A DNA stretch of 63,905 bases, the filler included, from Candidatus Aminicenantales bacterium (lineage in GTDB: Bacteria > Acidobacteriota > Aminicenantia > Aminicenantales > UBA4085): the NCBI GenBank assembly GCA_049515535.1. It is 5 parts of 5 records of this genome, joined end to end, with 100 filler letters (N's around TTAATTAATTAA, not from the genome) between each part and the next. Parts side by side here need not be neighbours in the genome. Positions count along the whole stretch, not along the records: positions 27,887 to 39,773 come from JBEKTZ010000008.1; positions 39,874 to 60,530 come from JBEKTZ010000020.1; 3 more parts are not named here. One strand, written 5' to 3'. The position numbers were made by a program, and so were the translations under genes. The notes under the pieces are model-generated. The model was not told where the DNA came from and ran no database searches. It was given only the letters and a program-made list of their open reading frames with translations. How positions within the stretch are numbered: the stretch's first letter is position 1; each line of letters begins with the position of its first letter. Shown piece by piece: positions 31,938 through 41,624 of the stretch.

Positions 31938-33545
31938 TCACCTGACGTCGTAGCGGATGAACGCGACATAGCCCAGATAAAACAGCAGGACAATCTCGAC
32001 GAGGAGCAGGCCGATCCGGGGAATGGTTCCAGCCAGGCCCGCAAGCAGGGAGTCCGCCCGGTCGGGAAATTTGGGCATGTCGGAAATGTCGAGATAGGAG
32101 AAGTCGCCGGGATTGTCGTAGGGGACCTTGACCGTTTGCAGGGCCTGCCAGCGGGCCAGGAAATCCTTCTGTTTCCCGGCCCACTCGTCGTATTCCCGCA
32201 TGGTCTTGAAGCGGCCCCCGGTCCGTTTTTCCACGAGCTGGTCGCCCGTGAGCATGGCCTCGGGAGGGGTGGGCGTGATGTAGCGGAAGGAAGCGAAGAT
32301 GTTCTTGCCCTGGAGATACCGGACGAACGTTTCGCGGTATTGGCGGGCCCTGTCCAGGTCCCGCTCGTGCGACCGCACGTCGGTGGAACAGAGGGCCGAG
32401 GCGATGAGCCGGAACACGCCGGCGGGAGAAACCATGGCGATCCCTTCCGCGACCCGCGATTGATGGACGAGACCGTCCAGGTAGGATTTCTGAGCGGCCC
32501 ATTTTTTATCGGCATAATCGATCAGGAGGGGACCTTCGATAATCGAAGCTAGCCGCTCCTGCTCGAATTTCGATTTCGAGCAGCCGTACGTTTCTCTGTA
32601 GCCGTCGGCCCCCCCGTTCATATACCAATTGATGTCCCAATCTGGCTCGGGCAGGGCCTTCCGGCGATCTTTGAGCTCGCTATCCCTCTCCTTGTCCAAG
32701 TCGGCCAGCACCCGGGTCAGATTTTCCCGTGAAGGCGCCCCGACGAAGCTTTCGGCCGCATACGCGGAGAGGTTGGGGACGATGAAGACTAAGAAAACCC
32801 AGACGAACAGGCAGACAATGAGACTGGTCACCGACGTCCGAGAACGGGCGGAGATGAAAAGACCGATGAAAATGAAAACCGCCAGGTAAACCAGGCTGGC
32901 CCCGAAGAGCAGGGCGATGCGGCCCCATTCCAAGCCGGAGAAGCTTGCGTTCTCGGAAATCAAGACGAGGAAGGCGCTGAGGAGAAAACAGAAGATGAGG
33001 ATCGGCAGGAGCGTCAGCAGAATGCCCAGGACTTTGCCCGCCAGGACCGTGGAACGGCCGAGCGAGTTGGACATCTGCAGCTTCAATGTGCCGCTTTCCT
33101 TTTCCCGGCTGAAGGCGTCGTAGCTGAAGAGAAGCGCCAGGAGCGAGAAGATGATCGCAGCTATGTCCACGAAATCGACCGAGAAAAACGAGGCGAGGAA
33201 GGGATTATCGCGGACCGCCGCTTTTCCCTCGGTCAACAGGGGCTTCTCTCCAAGGAGAATTTTCACGCGATTTCCCAATTGGGATCGGATGCCGTGGCTG
33301 AAAACGCTCAGCGGCTCCGGGGGAAAAACGATCGTCGGCCGTAGACCGGAGTAGACGTAAACCTCCTTCGTGGCCTTGTCCGCGGAATCTCGGTCCTGGC
33401 GATAGAGGACGGATTGATCGCGGTAATCGGAAACGTTGAGGAGGATGCTGAACGGGATGAGGACGAGACAGAGAAGAAAGCCGATGGCGAAACGGGCCGT
33501 GAGCAGGTTGCAAAGAAAGTCTTTCTTGGCGATGTGGTAAATCAT
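31938..33545 (-). CDS. ABC-2-type exporter permease (paralogue 2)
   Basis: IAKKDF, YDAFSREKESGTLKL, LAGKV, C-terminal RYDVR. Confidence 0.88.
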   Translation of the reverse strand: MIYHIAKKDFLCNLLTARFAIGFLLCLVLIPFSILLNVSDYRDQSVLYRQDRDSADKATKEVYVYSGLRPTIVFPPEPLSVFSHGIRSQLGNRVKILLGEKPLLTEGKAAVRDNPFLASFFSVDFVDIAAIIFSLLALLFSYDAFSREKESGTLKLQMSNSLGRSTVLAGKVLGILLTLLPILIFCFLLSAFLVLISENASFSGLEWGRIALLFGASLVYLAVFIFIGLFISARSRTSVTSLIVCLFVWVFLVFIVPNLSAYAAESFVGAPSRENLTRVLADLDKERDSELKDRRKALPEPDWDINWYMNGGADGYRETYGCSKSKFEQERLASIIEGPLLIDYADKKWAAQKSYLDGLVHQSRVAEGIAMVSPAGVFRLIASALCSTDVRSHERDLDRARQYRETFVRYLQGKNIFASFRYITPTPPEAMLTGDQLVEKRTGGRFKTMREYDEWAGKQKDFLARWQALQTVKVPYDNPGDFSYLDISDMPKFPDRADSLLAGLAGTIPRIGLLLVEIVLLFYLGYVAFIRYDVR

Positions 33546-33810
33546 GTCGGGATCTTCCTCAACCTATTCAACTCCAATAATAATCCGCAATCGCGTCTCA
33601 TTATTGAGCAAGTTTCATACCATTTTCAATTCCTGGCCGGAAGAAATGGATGATCCTCTGCATAATGATCAGCTAATCCCGCAAACCCTCGGGGATCTCC
33701 ATTATTCTTGGGAAACGCATTGCCCAACGCCTGGTAAAGTCTTACCCGGTATTCTCCGCGGTATCCGCCTCTCGCCCGATCTTCTTCCGAGACCTCAACT
33801 CGTTTCTTCA

Positions 33811-33826
33811 TGGCACGAAAATTGCT
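33811..33826 (+). promoter_or_regulatory. Sigma54 (-24/-12) promoter of the tolC operon
   Basis: TGGCACGAAAATTGCT matches consensus TGGCACG-N4-TTGC exactly, ending about 80 bp upstream of the tolC ATG; an EBP is encoded in the divergent operon. Confidence 0.9.
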
Positions 33827-33903
33827 CTAAATGTAACCGAAATCGGGCCATTTCGTATTAAAATAAGAAATGTCGGAATCAAGCGATAACGTGGAGAGAG
33901 CGC

Positions 33904-35469
33904 ATGAATAAGTCTTTTTGGAAATTCATTGGATTTCTCGGCGTCGTTCTCCTGGCCGCCGGGACATCCTGGCCACAACAAGAACCGGGCAAACTCGGTC
34001 TGAACGATTGCATCGTCCAGGCCGTCAAGCGGAACCTGGGAGTGGCGGTACAGGTCTACAGCTTCGAGTACTATGACCTGGCCGTTTCCCGGGCGAAGGA
34101 GAAATACCTCCCGGATCTTTCCTTCAATTTCAAGAAGAATAGCCAAAATTCGGCATCGTTCTCCTGGATGGATGCCGCCGAAGTTTCGTCGTCTTCTTAT
34201 TCGAGTTACGATGCAACGCTCAGCCAGGCCATGCCTTTCGGCGGAAAGTTAACGGCCGACCTGAACACATACAAGAACTTGACGAACTCCCGGTTTTCAA
34301 CGATCAATCCAGTTTATAGCGGCACACTGACCTTCTCCTTCCAGCAGCCGCTGCTTCGGGATTTCGGGCTCCAGACGAGCCAGAAGGATATTCTCGTGGC
34401 CCGGAACAGCCTGGATATCGCCGAGAGCGACTTGAAAAACACGCTCCTCGGGACGGTCTATTCCGTCGAGCAAACCTACTGGGAACTCGTGTTGAGCATC
34501 GAATCGCTCAAGGTCCGGCGCCAATCCCTGAAACTGGCCGAGGACCTCCTGGATCAGGACCGGAAAAAAGTGAACATCGGGACCCTCGCTCCCAAGGAAA
34601 TCCTGAGCGTTCAATCCGACGTGGCTTCGCGCAAAGCGGATATTCTCCAAGCGCAGTCGCAGGTCAAAGACTACGTGGACACGTTGAAAACCCTCATCAA
34701 CGCCGGGAATTTGAAGAGCGACGAGGACATCGTTCCGGCCGAAATGCCGCCCTTCGAGAAAAAGGTCATCAGCGTGGATGAGGCTTTCGCCTTGGCTTTG
34801 AAGAACAGGCCGGACCTCCAATCCTCCGATCTCACCATCAAAAACAGGGAATTGGACTATTCCTACGCCAAGAACCAGAGTCTCCCGGCCTTGAATTTGA
34901 ACGCCAGCTATTGGAGCCCGGGCATCTCGGGCGACCGGATCCTCTACCTCGACGACAACCCGCTGACCGGGATCATTTTGGGCAGGGTTCCCGGAGGCGC
35001 GTCCGCAGCCATGCGCGACGCTCTCAATTTCAAATATCAAAACTGGTCCGTCAATCTTTCGCTTGACGTCCCGCTGAACACCGTATTTTCCCGGGCGGCC
35101 CGAGCCCAGGCCAAAACCGCCCTGGACCAGGAATTGGCCCGCCTGAAAAACCTGGAGCAACAGGTTTACCTTGAAATCCGGAAGGCGGTCCGGGGCGTCG
35201 AGACCAATTACGAGAGAGTCAATGCCTACAAACTCGCCCGCGAGCTCGCCGAACAGAAGCTGGCCGCGGAGGAAACAAAGCTCCAGGCCGGGCTGAGCAC
35301 GACATTCGTGGTCCTTTCCTACCAGAGAGACCTGGCCAGCGCTAAGCTGATGGAACTGGGGGCTCTCATCGATTACACGCTTTCAGTCGCCGGTCTGGAA
35401 AAGTCCATGGGCACCGGCCTGGACAAGCATCATATCAAATTGACGGACGCCTTGGAGGTCAAATCATGA
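33904..35469 (+). CDS. TolC-family outer membrane efflux protein
   Basis: Signal peptide; two OEP repeats (QPLLRDFG, YWEL, ALKNRPDL, LPALNL, GLST). Confidence 0.9.
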   Translation: MNKSFWKFIGFLGVVLLAAGTSWPQQEPGKLGLNDCIVQAVKRNLGVAVQVYSFEYYDLAVSRAKEKYLPDLSFNFKKNSQNSASFSWMDAAEVSSSSYSSYDATLSQAMPFGGKLTADLNTYKNLTNSRFSTINPVYSGTLTFSFQQPLLRDFGLQTSQKDILVARNSLDIAESDLKNTLLGTVYSVEQTYWELVLSIESLKVRRQSLKLAEDLLDQDRKKVNIGTLAPKEILSVQSDVASRKADILQAQSQVKDYVDTLKTLINAGNLKSDEDIVPAEMPPFEKKVISVDEAFALALKNRPDLQSSDLTIKNRELDYSYAKNQSLPALNLNASYWSPGISGDRILYLDDNPLTGIILGRVPGGASAAMRDALNFKYQNWSVNLSLDVPLNTVFSRAARAQAKTALDQELARLKNLEQQVYLEIRKAVRGVETNYERVNAYKLARELAEQKLAAEETKLQAGLSTTFVVLSYQRDLASAKLMELGALIDYTLSVAGLEKSMGTGLDKHHIKLTDALEVKS

Positions 35470-36953
35470 AAAAACATGCAACGGTCATCACCGCCCTCAT
35501 CATGCTTTTCGCGGCGGCGATTTTCAGCAATGCCCAGGAATCGCAATCCCAAACGATGAAACTTTTACAGCTGAAAAAGGCCCAGCTCACCCTGGAAAAG
35601 AGCAAGGGCGATTTCGGGCGGTCGCTGAAGCTCAAGGAGGAGGGGTTGACCTCCGAGCAGGAATTCGTCCTGACCCAGACGGCCTATCTTCAGGCCCAGG
35701 TCGACTATCAGCAGGCCTTGATCAGCTTCATGGGCAGCGAGGCGCGGATCTCGGTCGCCAGCGCCGTCAAGTTCCAGGACGTCGGAGGCAAAAAATTCGT
35801 CCGGGTCACACTCCGCTATTCCTCGAAAGAGCTCAAAGAGCTGGCCAAGCTGAATATCAGCGCTGAGGATCTTTTCCCCCTGGACTTCATGAAGGAGATC
35901 AGGGACGTCTCCGTTTCCCTGCGTTCGGAGGGTAAGATCATCTCCGATCCTTACGAAAAGACTATCGCTGGCCTTCCCCTCGAAACGGAGAAGGATGTGA
36001 CCTTCCAGCTCCTCAAGGATGTCGAGAACCTCGATGTCAATATTTTCTATTCGGGAAAGAACGAGATGACCTCGGTCTTCCTGCAGAAGGGCGTGAGCGC
36101 CAATATCGTGACGATCAATTCCGCGCAGTTCTCGCAGGAAGCCGACCTCGAAAGCCAGGCCACATTCGATCTGTCGCTGGAAAAATTTTCGGGTGAAGCC
36201 AACGTCTTCAAGCTCGAAATCGCCAACCTTCCCCACCAGATCAATTATGAGTTCAGCGACCCGACGACCCAGGCCCGGCTGTCGCAGATCAAATTCACGG
36301 AAGGCGTGACCAGCATGAAGCTGTCTTTGAAGCTTTATCTCCCCAAGAACGCCGACGCTCAAATCGTGATCGATAAGCCCATCGAGTTCTACGCCTTGAC
36401 GCTCGACATCGACCAGGCGGCCAAGCTCCAGGACCTCCTGGCCAAAAAGCCTCAAATCGGCCCCAAAGACATCGAGACCTTGAAAGCGGGGAGCGTCAGG
36501 CTCGAACTCCTTCCGCGGGGCGTGGGGAAAATCGAGGTCCAGGCGGTCAACCTTTATCATGAGATCAAGGTCGGCGAAAGCGTCGAAATGAAAGTGACGG
36601 TCAAGAACGCGGGGACGAGGAAATTGAACAATATCCGCGTGTTCGCCGACAACATTCCGCTGAATTGGCGGGCCGAGATCCAGCCGGATCTGATCGCCTC
36701 GCTCGCGCAGAGCAAGGAAGAGATCGTCACCATCAAATTTCTGCCGCCCGCGGACGTCGCTGTCGGCGATTACGAGCCGAAGATAAAAACCGAATGCAGC
36801 GCGGACAACCGCAAAGTGGAGTCCGAGGACAAGATCGTCCGCATCCACGTCGCTTCGAAGACCAACGTCCTAGGGATCCTCCTCCTGGTGTTCCTGCTCG
36901 TCGGTCTGCTCGTGGGGATCGTCGTCTTCGGCATCAAGCTGACGCGGCGATAA
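35466..36953 (+). CDS. Periplasmic protein: adaptor-like alpha-hairpin, Ig-like/NEW3 domains, C-terminal TM anchor
   Basis: Signal peptide; helical hairpin containing RSLKLKEEGLTS; VTVKNAG...PLNW...PPADVAVGDY (NEW3-like); terminal hydrophobic helix followed by KLTRR. Confidence 0.8.
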   Translation: MKKHATVITALIMLFAAAIFSNAQESQSQTMKLLQLKKAQLTLEKSKGDFGRSLKLKEEGLTSEQEFVLTQTAYLQAQVDYQQALISFMGSEARISVASAVKFQDVGGKKFVRVTLRYSSKELKELAKLNISAEDLFPLDFMKEIRDVSVSLRSEGKIISDPYEKTIAGLPLETEKDVTFQLLKDVENLDVNIFYSGKNEMTSVFLQKGVSANIVTINSAQFSQEADLESQATFDLSLEKFSGEANVFKLEIANLPHQINYEFSDPTTQARLSQIKFTEGVTSMKLSLKLYLPKNADAQIVIDKPIEFYALTLDIDQAAKLQDLLAKKPQIGPKDIETLKAGSVRLELLPRGVGKIEVQAVNLYHEIKVGESVEMKVTVKNAGTRKLNNIRVFADNIPLNWRAEIQPDLIASLAQSKEEIVTIKFLPPADVAVGDYEPKIKTECSADNRKVESEDKIVRIHVASKTNVLGILLLVFLLVGLLVGIVVFGIKLTRR

Positions 36954-36991
36954 GGCCACACAGAAAAAGAGTGTCCAAGGGGAGGCAAGAA

Positions 36992-38434
36992 TTGTTTAAA
37001 AATATCGTCCGGAAGGAAATCCTCGAGAACATCTTCAGCTATCGCTTCCCGCTCTTCGCCCTCATCTGCCTCACCCTCGTTCCGCTGAGCCTCTACGTCA
37101 ACAATGTCGACTACGGCAAGCGGTTGAGGGATTACAGCGAACAGATGCGGCTGGCCGACGAGGCCGGATCGTCCATGACGATGAGGGACCTCATGTCCGG
37201 GACGGTCGCCATAAAGGGGTTTCGCCGGCCGGCGCTCCTTTCCGTGTTCACCCAGGGCCTTGAAAGCGCGATGCCGAGGTTCTACGAGTTCACGCAGGAC
37301 GGGGTCAAGCCCGGCGAATCCTCGAGCGGCGACGAGTCGGTCCTCTCGGTCCAGGGGAAGGTCGATTTCGTTTTTCTCGTCCAGATGGTTCTCTGCCTGA
37401 TCGGGCTATTATTCGCTTCGGACATGATCTCTGGCGAAAAAGAAACGGGAACGCTCCGGGCAATGCTCTCGAACAGGCTCCCCCGGGATACGATCCTCAG
37501 CGGCAAGATCGCCGGAGGCTTTCTGGCGCTTTGGCTGCCGTTCGGCCTATCGTTCATCTTGGGAGCCCTCCTTCTTCTTCCGGGGTCCTATCCATTTTTC
37601 GGCGGCGATACGCCGGCCCGCATCCTGGTCATCCTGCTCGCCACGTCCTTTTTCCTCCTCATATACTACATCCTCGGGATGGCCGTCTCGACTAGTTCGG
37701 CGAAAAGCCGGACGTCGGCCATTGCCATCCTTCTTATCTGGGCCTTTTTTCAATTGATTGCCCCCAAGCTGAGCGGGATGATCGCCTCGGTCGTCTATCC
37801 CATCCGGACGGAAACGGCTGTCTCGCTCGAAAAATCCCTGCTGGCCAAGTCGATCGACACGGAAACGGCGAAGGAATTGGGCCGGCAATATGACCTCATC
37901 TTTGGAGTCGGGCGTCAGGGGACCGCCGACGATGAAAAGTCGCCGGAGAGAAAAAAATGGGACACGGCCAAGAGCGACATCGAACAGAGCGCTCGAGACC
38001 GGAAAGCGCTGGAGGTAGGCCGGATCGACGAGACCTACCAGCGGGAAAAACGAAGGCAACAAACTCTGGCCGTGAACATTTCCCTGGTATCCCCGAGCGC
38101 GGCCTTCGCCCGATTGATCGCCGATGTCTGCGGAACGGGCGAGGTCGAACGAACGAAGTACGCGGAAGCCGTGCTGGCTTACCAGAAAGCCCTCGACAGC
38201 GAGCTGTTCAGCAAGGTCAAACGCACGATCATGATCCATCCAAGCGGCGGGACCACGCTGGGGTTCATGACGCTGCCCGTGGATTTCAAGAAGCTGCCGA
38301 AATTTTCCATGGCGCCGTCGTCGCTGGCGGAGGTTTTCAAAGCCAATGGAAACAGCCTGGTCTCGCTCGTGTTCTGGCTGATTGCGCCGTTCGCGGTCGC
38401 CTATGTCCGATTCCTGAAATACGACGTCCGGTGA
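36992..38434 (+). CDS. ABC-2-type exporter permease (paralogue 3)
   Basis: TTG start at 36992 after GGGAGG (MFKNIVRKEI); DMISGEKETGTLR; C-terminal KYDVR. Confidence 0.87.
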   Translation: MFKNIVRKEILENIFSYRFPLFALICLTLVPLSLYVNNVDYGKRLRDYSEQMRLADEAGSSMTMRDLMSGTVAIKGFRRPALLSVFTQGLESAMPRFYEFTQDGVKPGESSSGDESVLSVQGKVDFVFLVQMVLCLIGLLFASDMISGEKETGTLRAMLSNRLPRDTILSGKIAGGFLALWLPFGLSFILGALLLLPGSYPFFGGDTPARILVILLATSFFLLIYYILGMAVSTSSAKSRTSAIAILLIWAFFQLIAPKLSGMIASVVYPIRTETAVSLEKSLLAKSIDTETAKELGRQYDLIFGVGRQGTADDEKSPERKKWDTAKSDIEQSARDRKALEVGRIDETYQREKRRQQTLAVNISLVSPSAAFARLIADVCGTGEVERTKYAEAVLAYQKALDSELFSKVKRTIMIHPSGGTTLGFMTLPVDFKKLPKFSMAPSSLAEVFKANGNSLVSLVFWLIAPFAVAYVRFLKYDVR

Positions 38435-38473
38435 GGACATTCTAAGAATGAATTTCATATTTGGGAGGATACG

Positions 38474-39214
38474 ATGAGTCAACAAAAACTGTACTTGAAG
38501 GCCGACGACCTCTCGAAGAGGTACGAGGACGGGGTCCTGGCCCTGGACCATCTGAACCTGGAGGTCCGGGCGGGCGAGGTCTATTGTCTTCTCGGTGCGA
38601 ACGGCGCGGGTAAAACCACCACGATCAACCTTTTCCTGAACTTCATCCCGCCGACGACGGGAACGTGCTATATCAACGGCATCGACGTAACGCGCGACCC
38701 TCTCGAAGCGAAAAAATACGTCGCCTTCGTCTCCGAGAACGTCATGCTCTACGGCAATTTCACCGCTCGGCAGAACCTCGACTTTTTCGCCAAGCTGGGC
38801 GGCAAAACGGATCTCGGCAAAGCGCAGTATTACCAGGTCATGCGCCGGGTCTCGCTTCAGGAAAAAGCGTTCGAGCAGCGGGTCAAGAATTTCTCCAAGG
38901 GCATGCGGCAGAAGCTCGGGATCTCGATCGCCATCATCAAAAATGCGCCGGCCATCCTCCTCGACGAGCCGACGTCGGGGTTGGACCCGAAAGCGGCGGA
39001 AGAATTCTTGGAAATCCTGGCCGAGCTGAAAGGCGAGGGCAAGGCCATCCTGATGTCCACCCACGACATTTTCCGGGCCAAAGAGATCGGCGACCGCGTC
39101 GGTATCATGAAGGAAGGCCGGCTGGTCATGGAGCGGACCCGCGAAGAGTTGCAGTACGAGGACCTGGTCAAGATCTACATCGATTACATGAAATCCGAAC
39201 CCTTAACGGCGTAA
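38474..39214 (+). CDS. ABC transporter ATP-binding protein
   Basis: GANGAGKTT, FSKGMRQK, LDEPTSGLDP, STHD. Confidence 0.95.
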   Translation: MSQQKLYLKADDLSKRYEDGVLALDHLNLEVRAGEVYCLLGANGAGKTTTINLFLNFIPPTTGTCYINGIDVTRDPLEAKKYVAFVSENVMLYGNFTARQNLDFFAKLGGKTDLGKAQYYQVMRRVSLQEKAFEQRVKNFSKGMRQKLGISIAIIKNAPAILLDEPTSGLDPKAAEEFLEILAELKGEGKAILMSTHDIFRAKEIGDRVGIMKEGRLVMERTREELQYEDLVKIYIDYMKSEPLTA

Positions 39215-39301
39215 AGACAAAAGACCGGAGGCCGGGCCGCCGTGCCGTCCGGCGAAGGATCGGGATAGCCGCGAGCCGATGCCTTCAAGGAGAGGGAAAA
39301 C

Positions 39302-39773
39302 ATGCTGAAAACCATCATCAAAAAAGAGATCCTGGAAACCATCACCAGCGCGAAGTTCGTCTTTACCTTCCTGCTCTGCGCCGTCCTCATCCTTCTTTCG
39401 GTTTACACCGGCCTTTCCAACTTCCGGGCCGACCAGAAGGAATTCACCGCGGCCGTGTCCCTGAACAAGAAAAACCTGGAAAACCAGTCGAGCTACACGT
39501 CCCTAGCCGACTTGGGAACGAAGATTAATAAGGCGCCCCAGGTTCTAAGCGCCATCGCAAGCGGCGTGGATGAAGCTGTCGGCCGCGTCGCGACGGTCAA
39601 CGTTAAATACGATCCCAATTTGGTCGATTCGAAATACGGGAGCAATCCCGTGTTCTCGGTCTTCGGCGCGCTCGATTTGACCTTCATCGTCAAGATCGTG
39701 CTCAGCCTTTTCGCCATCCTCTTCACCTACGATGCCATCGTCGGCGAAAAGGAAAGAGGCACCTTGAAACTGA
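39302..39773 (+). CDS. ABC-2-type exporter permease (paralogue 4), truncated by contig end
   Basis: TIIKKEI, YDAIVGEKERGTLKL. Confidence 0.87.
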
Positions 39774-39873
39774 NNNNNNNNNNNNNNNNNNNNNNNNNNN
39801 NNNNNNNNNNNNNNNNNTTAATTAATTAANNNNNNNNNNNNNNNNNNNNNNNNNNNNNNNNNNNNNNNNNNNN
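39774..39873. other. Artificial contig linker
   Basis: N-run with TTAATTAATTAA. Confidence 0.99.
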
Positions 39874-40000
39874 CGCGTATGAGTTTAACTATATTCGTCC
39901 CCATCAATCGCTAGCCTACCAGACGCCCTATGAGTACTTTCAGAAATGGAAGCGATCCCACAAGGCGAAAGAGGTGTCCGCCATGTCCTGACCCAGTACA
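39874..40000 (+). mobile_element. Right end of an IS481-family element (transposase C-terminus plus IR 39974-40000)
   Basis: 39875-39991 translates to AYEFNYIRPHQSLAYQTPYEY...*, an integrase-core tail (N..RPH.SL...TP). The element ends in ACA and its IR matches 100-127. Confidence 0.85.
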
Positions 40001-40112
40001 TTATATTGACAGTAAGCATCTTTTCAATTAATAATATTTTTTGTGATCATACTAAGCCATACGCGCAGTACCACATGTATTAATTTAACGAGAATCCACT
40101 TCTATTACGTTA

Positions 40113-40581
40113 ATGACTAAACCAAAAGGAAACTATCAAGGGACAGTTCTTTGTTGGTATATGTTTAATTTGGTTTTACCCTTAATACCTTTTGTCATTG
40201 CTGGTATTATTCGTCTAACAATATTTGAACATTTCGATATTAAGCTCGCTACATTTAAAGCTTCAGATTTAGCTATATCAATGGGGATACAATCAATTTT
40301 GGTAAGTCAAAGCATCTTAAACTATCCGAGATTACTTGATAATCCAAATAAGAGAAGAGATGCCCATAATAAATCGTTTGTGTTTTTAATTATGGCGCTT
40401 GTATTTTTTTGTTTTATTTATACTTTTTGAATTTTTTTCCCTTCTTTATGAAAAAACAGCCCAAGAATATGCAAATTCTGCTCAAGATACTTTACAAATT
40501 ATAACCTTTATTTTGTTTATAGTTATGTTACGACATATTTTTCAAATCCAAAAGTCGTTTAAGCTCAAGGCAGAATGGTGA
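40113..40581 (+). pseudogene. Hypothetical ~155 aa multi-pass membrane protein split by a +1 frameshift in a T7 run
   Basis: ORFs 40113-40430 and 40399-40581 fuse if one T is removed from 40404-40410; about four hydrophobic segments; AT-rich. Confidence 0.65.
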
Positions 40582-41624
40582 TTAGAAAATTTCTAATTTT
40601 GTTAAATCGAGATAAAGTTGCATCTCTGGCAATGTTGGGCTTTTTAATTTTTATTACTGGATTATTATCGTCTTTACCTATTTTTTCTAATTCCCATAGC
40701 ACTTTTGAAAACATCTTATCAAAAATATTGATTTTATTTGGTGCCATGCTATTTGGTGTAGCTTTATTTTTTAATTTAAATCGAAGTACTCCACGAGCAT
40801 ATAATATCGCAATTATTGGATTTCCTCGTTCAGGAAAAACAACCTTAATCACATCTCTTTTTAAAGAAATTTTCGCTACGAGAATAATTGGAGTTAAAGC
40901 TGCCCCGAGGGGAAGCACAACTATAGAAAGAATTAATGAAAATATGGAAAAACTCGAACGCGGAAGGGCAATTGGGCCCACAGAAGATCAAACAAGATTT
41001 TCTTATGCAACAAATATATCAATAAAAAAGGGGCTGTTTACTACTTATTATAAAGTCGAATTTGGTGATTTTCCCGGCGATGACACCGAGAAGTATGTGA
41101 ACAAATATGGCGATTGGCTACATAAAACTGAATTTTTTCAATGGGTTATGGAATGTGATGCTCTAATATTTGTAATTGATTTAGCGGAATATTTGAAAAA
41201 TTACAATATAAATAATGATTATATTTCCATTATTTCTAAAGCTGTTCGTGCTGCTTGGCAATATTACTATGAATTTAATAGGCTCCGAATTAAAAGCTCT
41301 GAATTAAGAAGAAGACCTATTGTATTGACTTTTACTAAAGTAGATTCAATTGAAATATATAATAAATATTCTTCTTCACGAAATAATTATCAGCAGGCTT
41401 TAATGGAAAATAGTTTTGGCAAATTAGTACCATCGGTCCATGAAATCGATCCAGATAATATTATTGAATGCAAAAAAATCGTTTTAGATGATTTTTCGGA
41501 GTTAATTAAATATTTACAAAATGAATCAAATAATTTTCGTTTTGTATTTACTAGTTGCTTTGGCACAATAAATGGCAAAAAAATAGGTATGGAAGATCTT
41601 ATAAGTTCAATATTCCCATCGTAA
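40575..41624 (+). CDS. Membrane-anchored TRAFAC-class P-loop GTPase
   Basis: Two N-terminal hydrophobic helices; G1 GFPRSGKTT, G2-like GPT, G3 DFPG, G4 TKVD, G5-like TSC. Confidence 0.85.
   Translation: MVIRKFLILLNRDKVASLAMLGFLIFITGLLSSLPIFSNSHSTFENILSKILILFGAMLFGVALFFNLNRSTPRAYNIAIIGFPRSGKTTLITSLFKEIFATRIIGVKAAPRGSTTIERINENMEKLERGRAIGPTEDQTRFSYATNISIKKGLFTTYYKVEFGDFPGDDTEKYVNKYGDWLHKTEFFQWVMECDALIFVIDLAEYLKNYNINNDYISIISKAVRAAWQYYYEFNRLRIKSSELRRRPIVLTFTKVDSIEIYNKYSSSRNNYQQALMENSFGKLVPSVHEIDPDNIIECKKIVLDDFSELIKYLQNESNNFRFVFTSCFGTINGKKIGMEDLISSIFPS

Noticed and set aside
36665..36991. N-terminal extension of the third permease
   Set aside because: Overlaps the upstream gene; the RBS and paralogue alignment support a TTG start at 36992.
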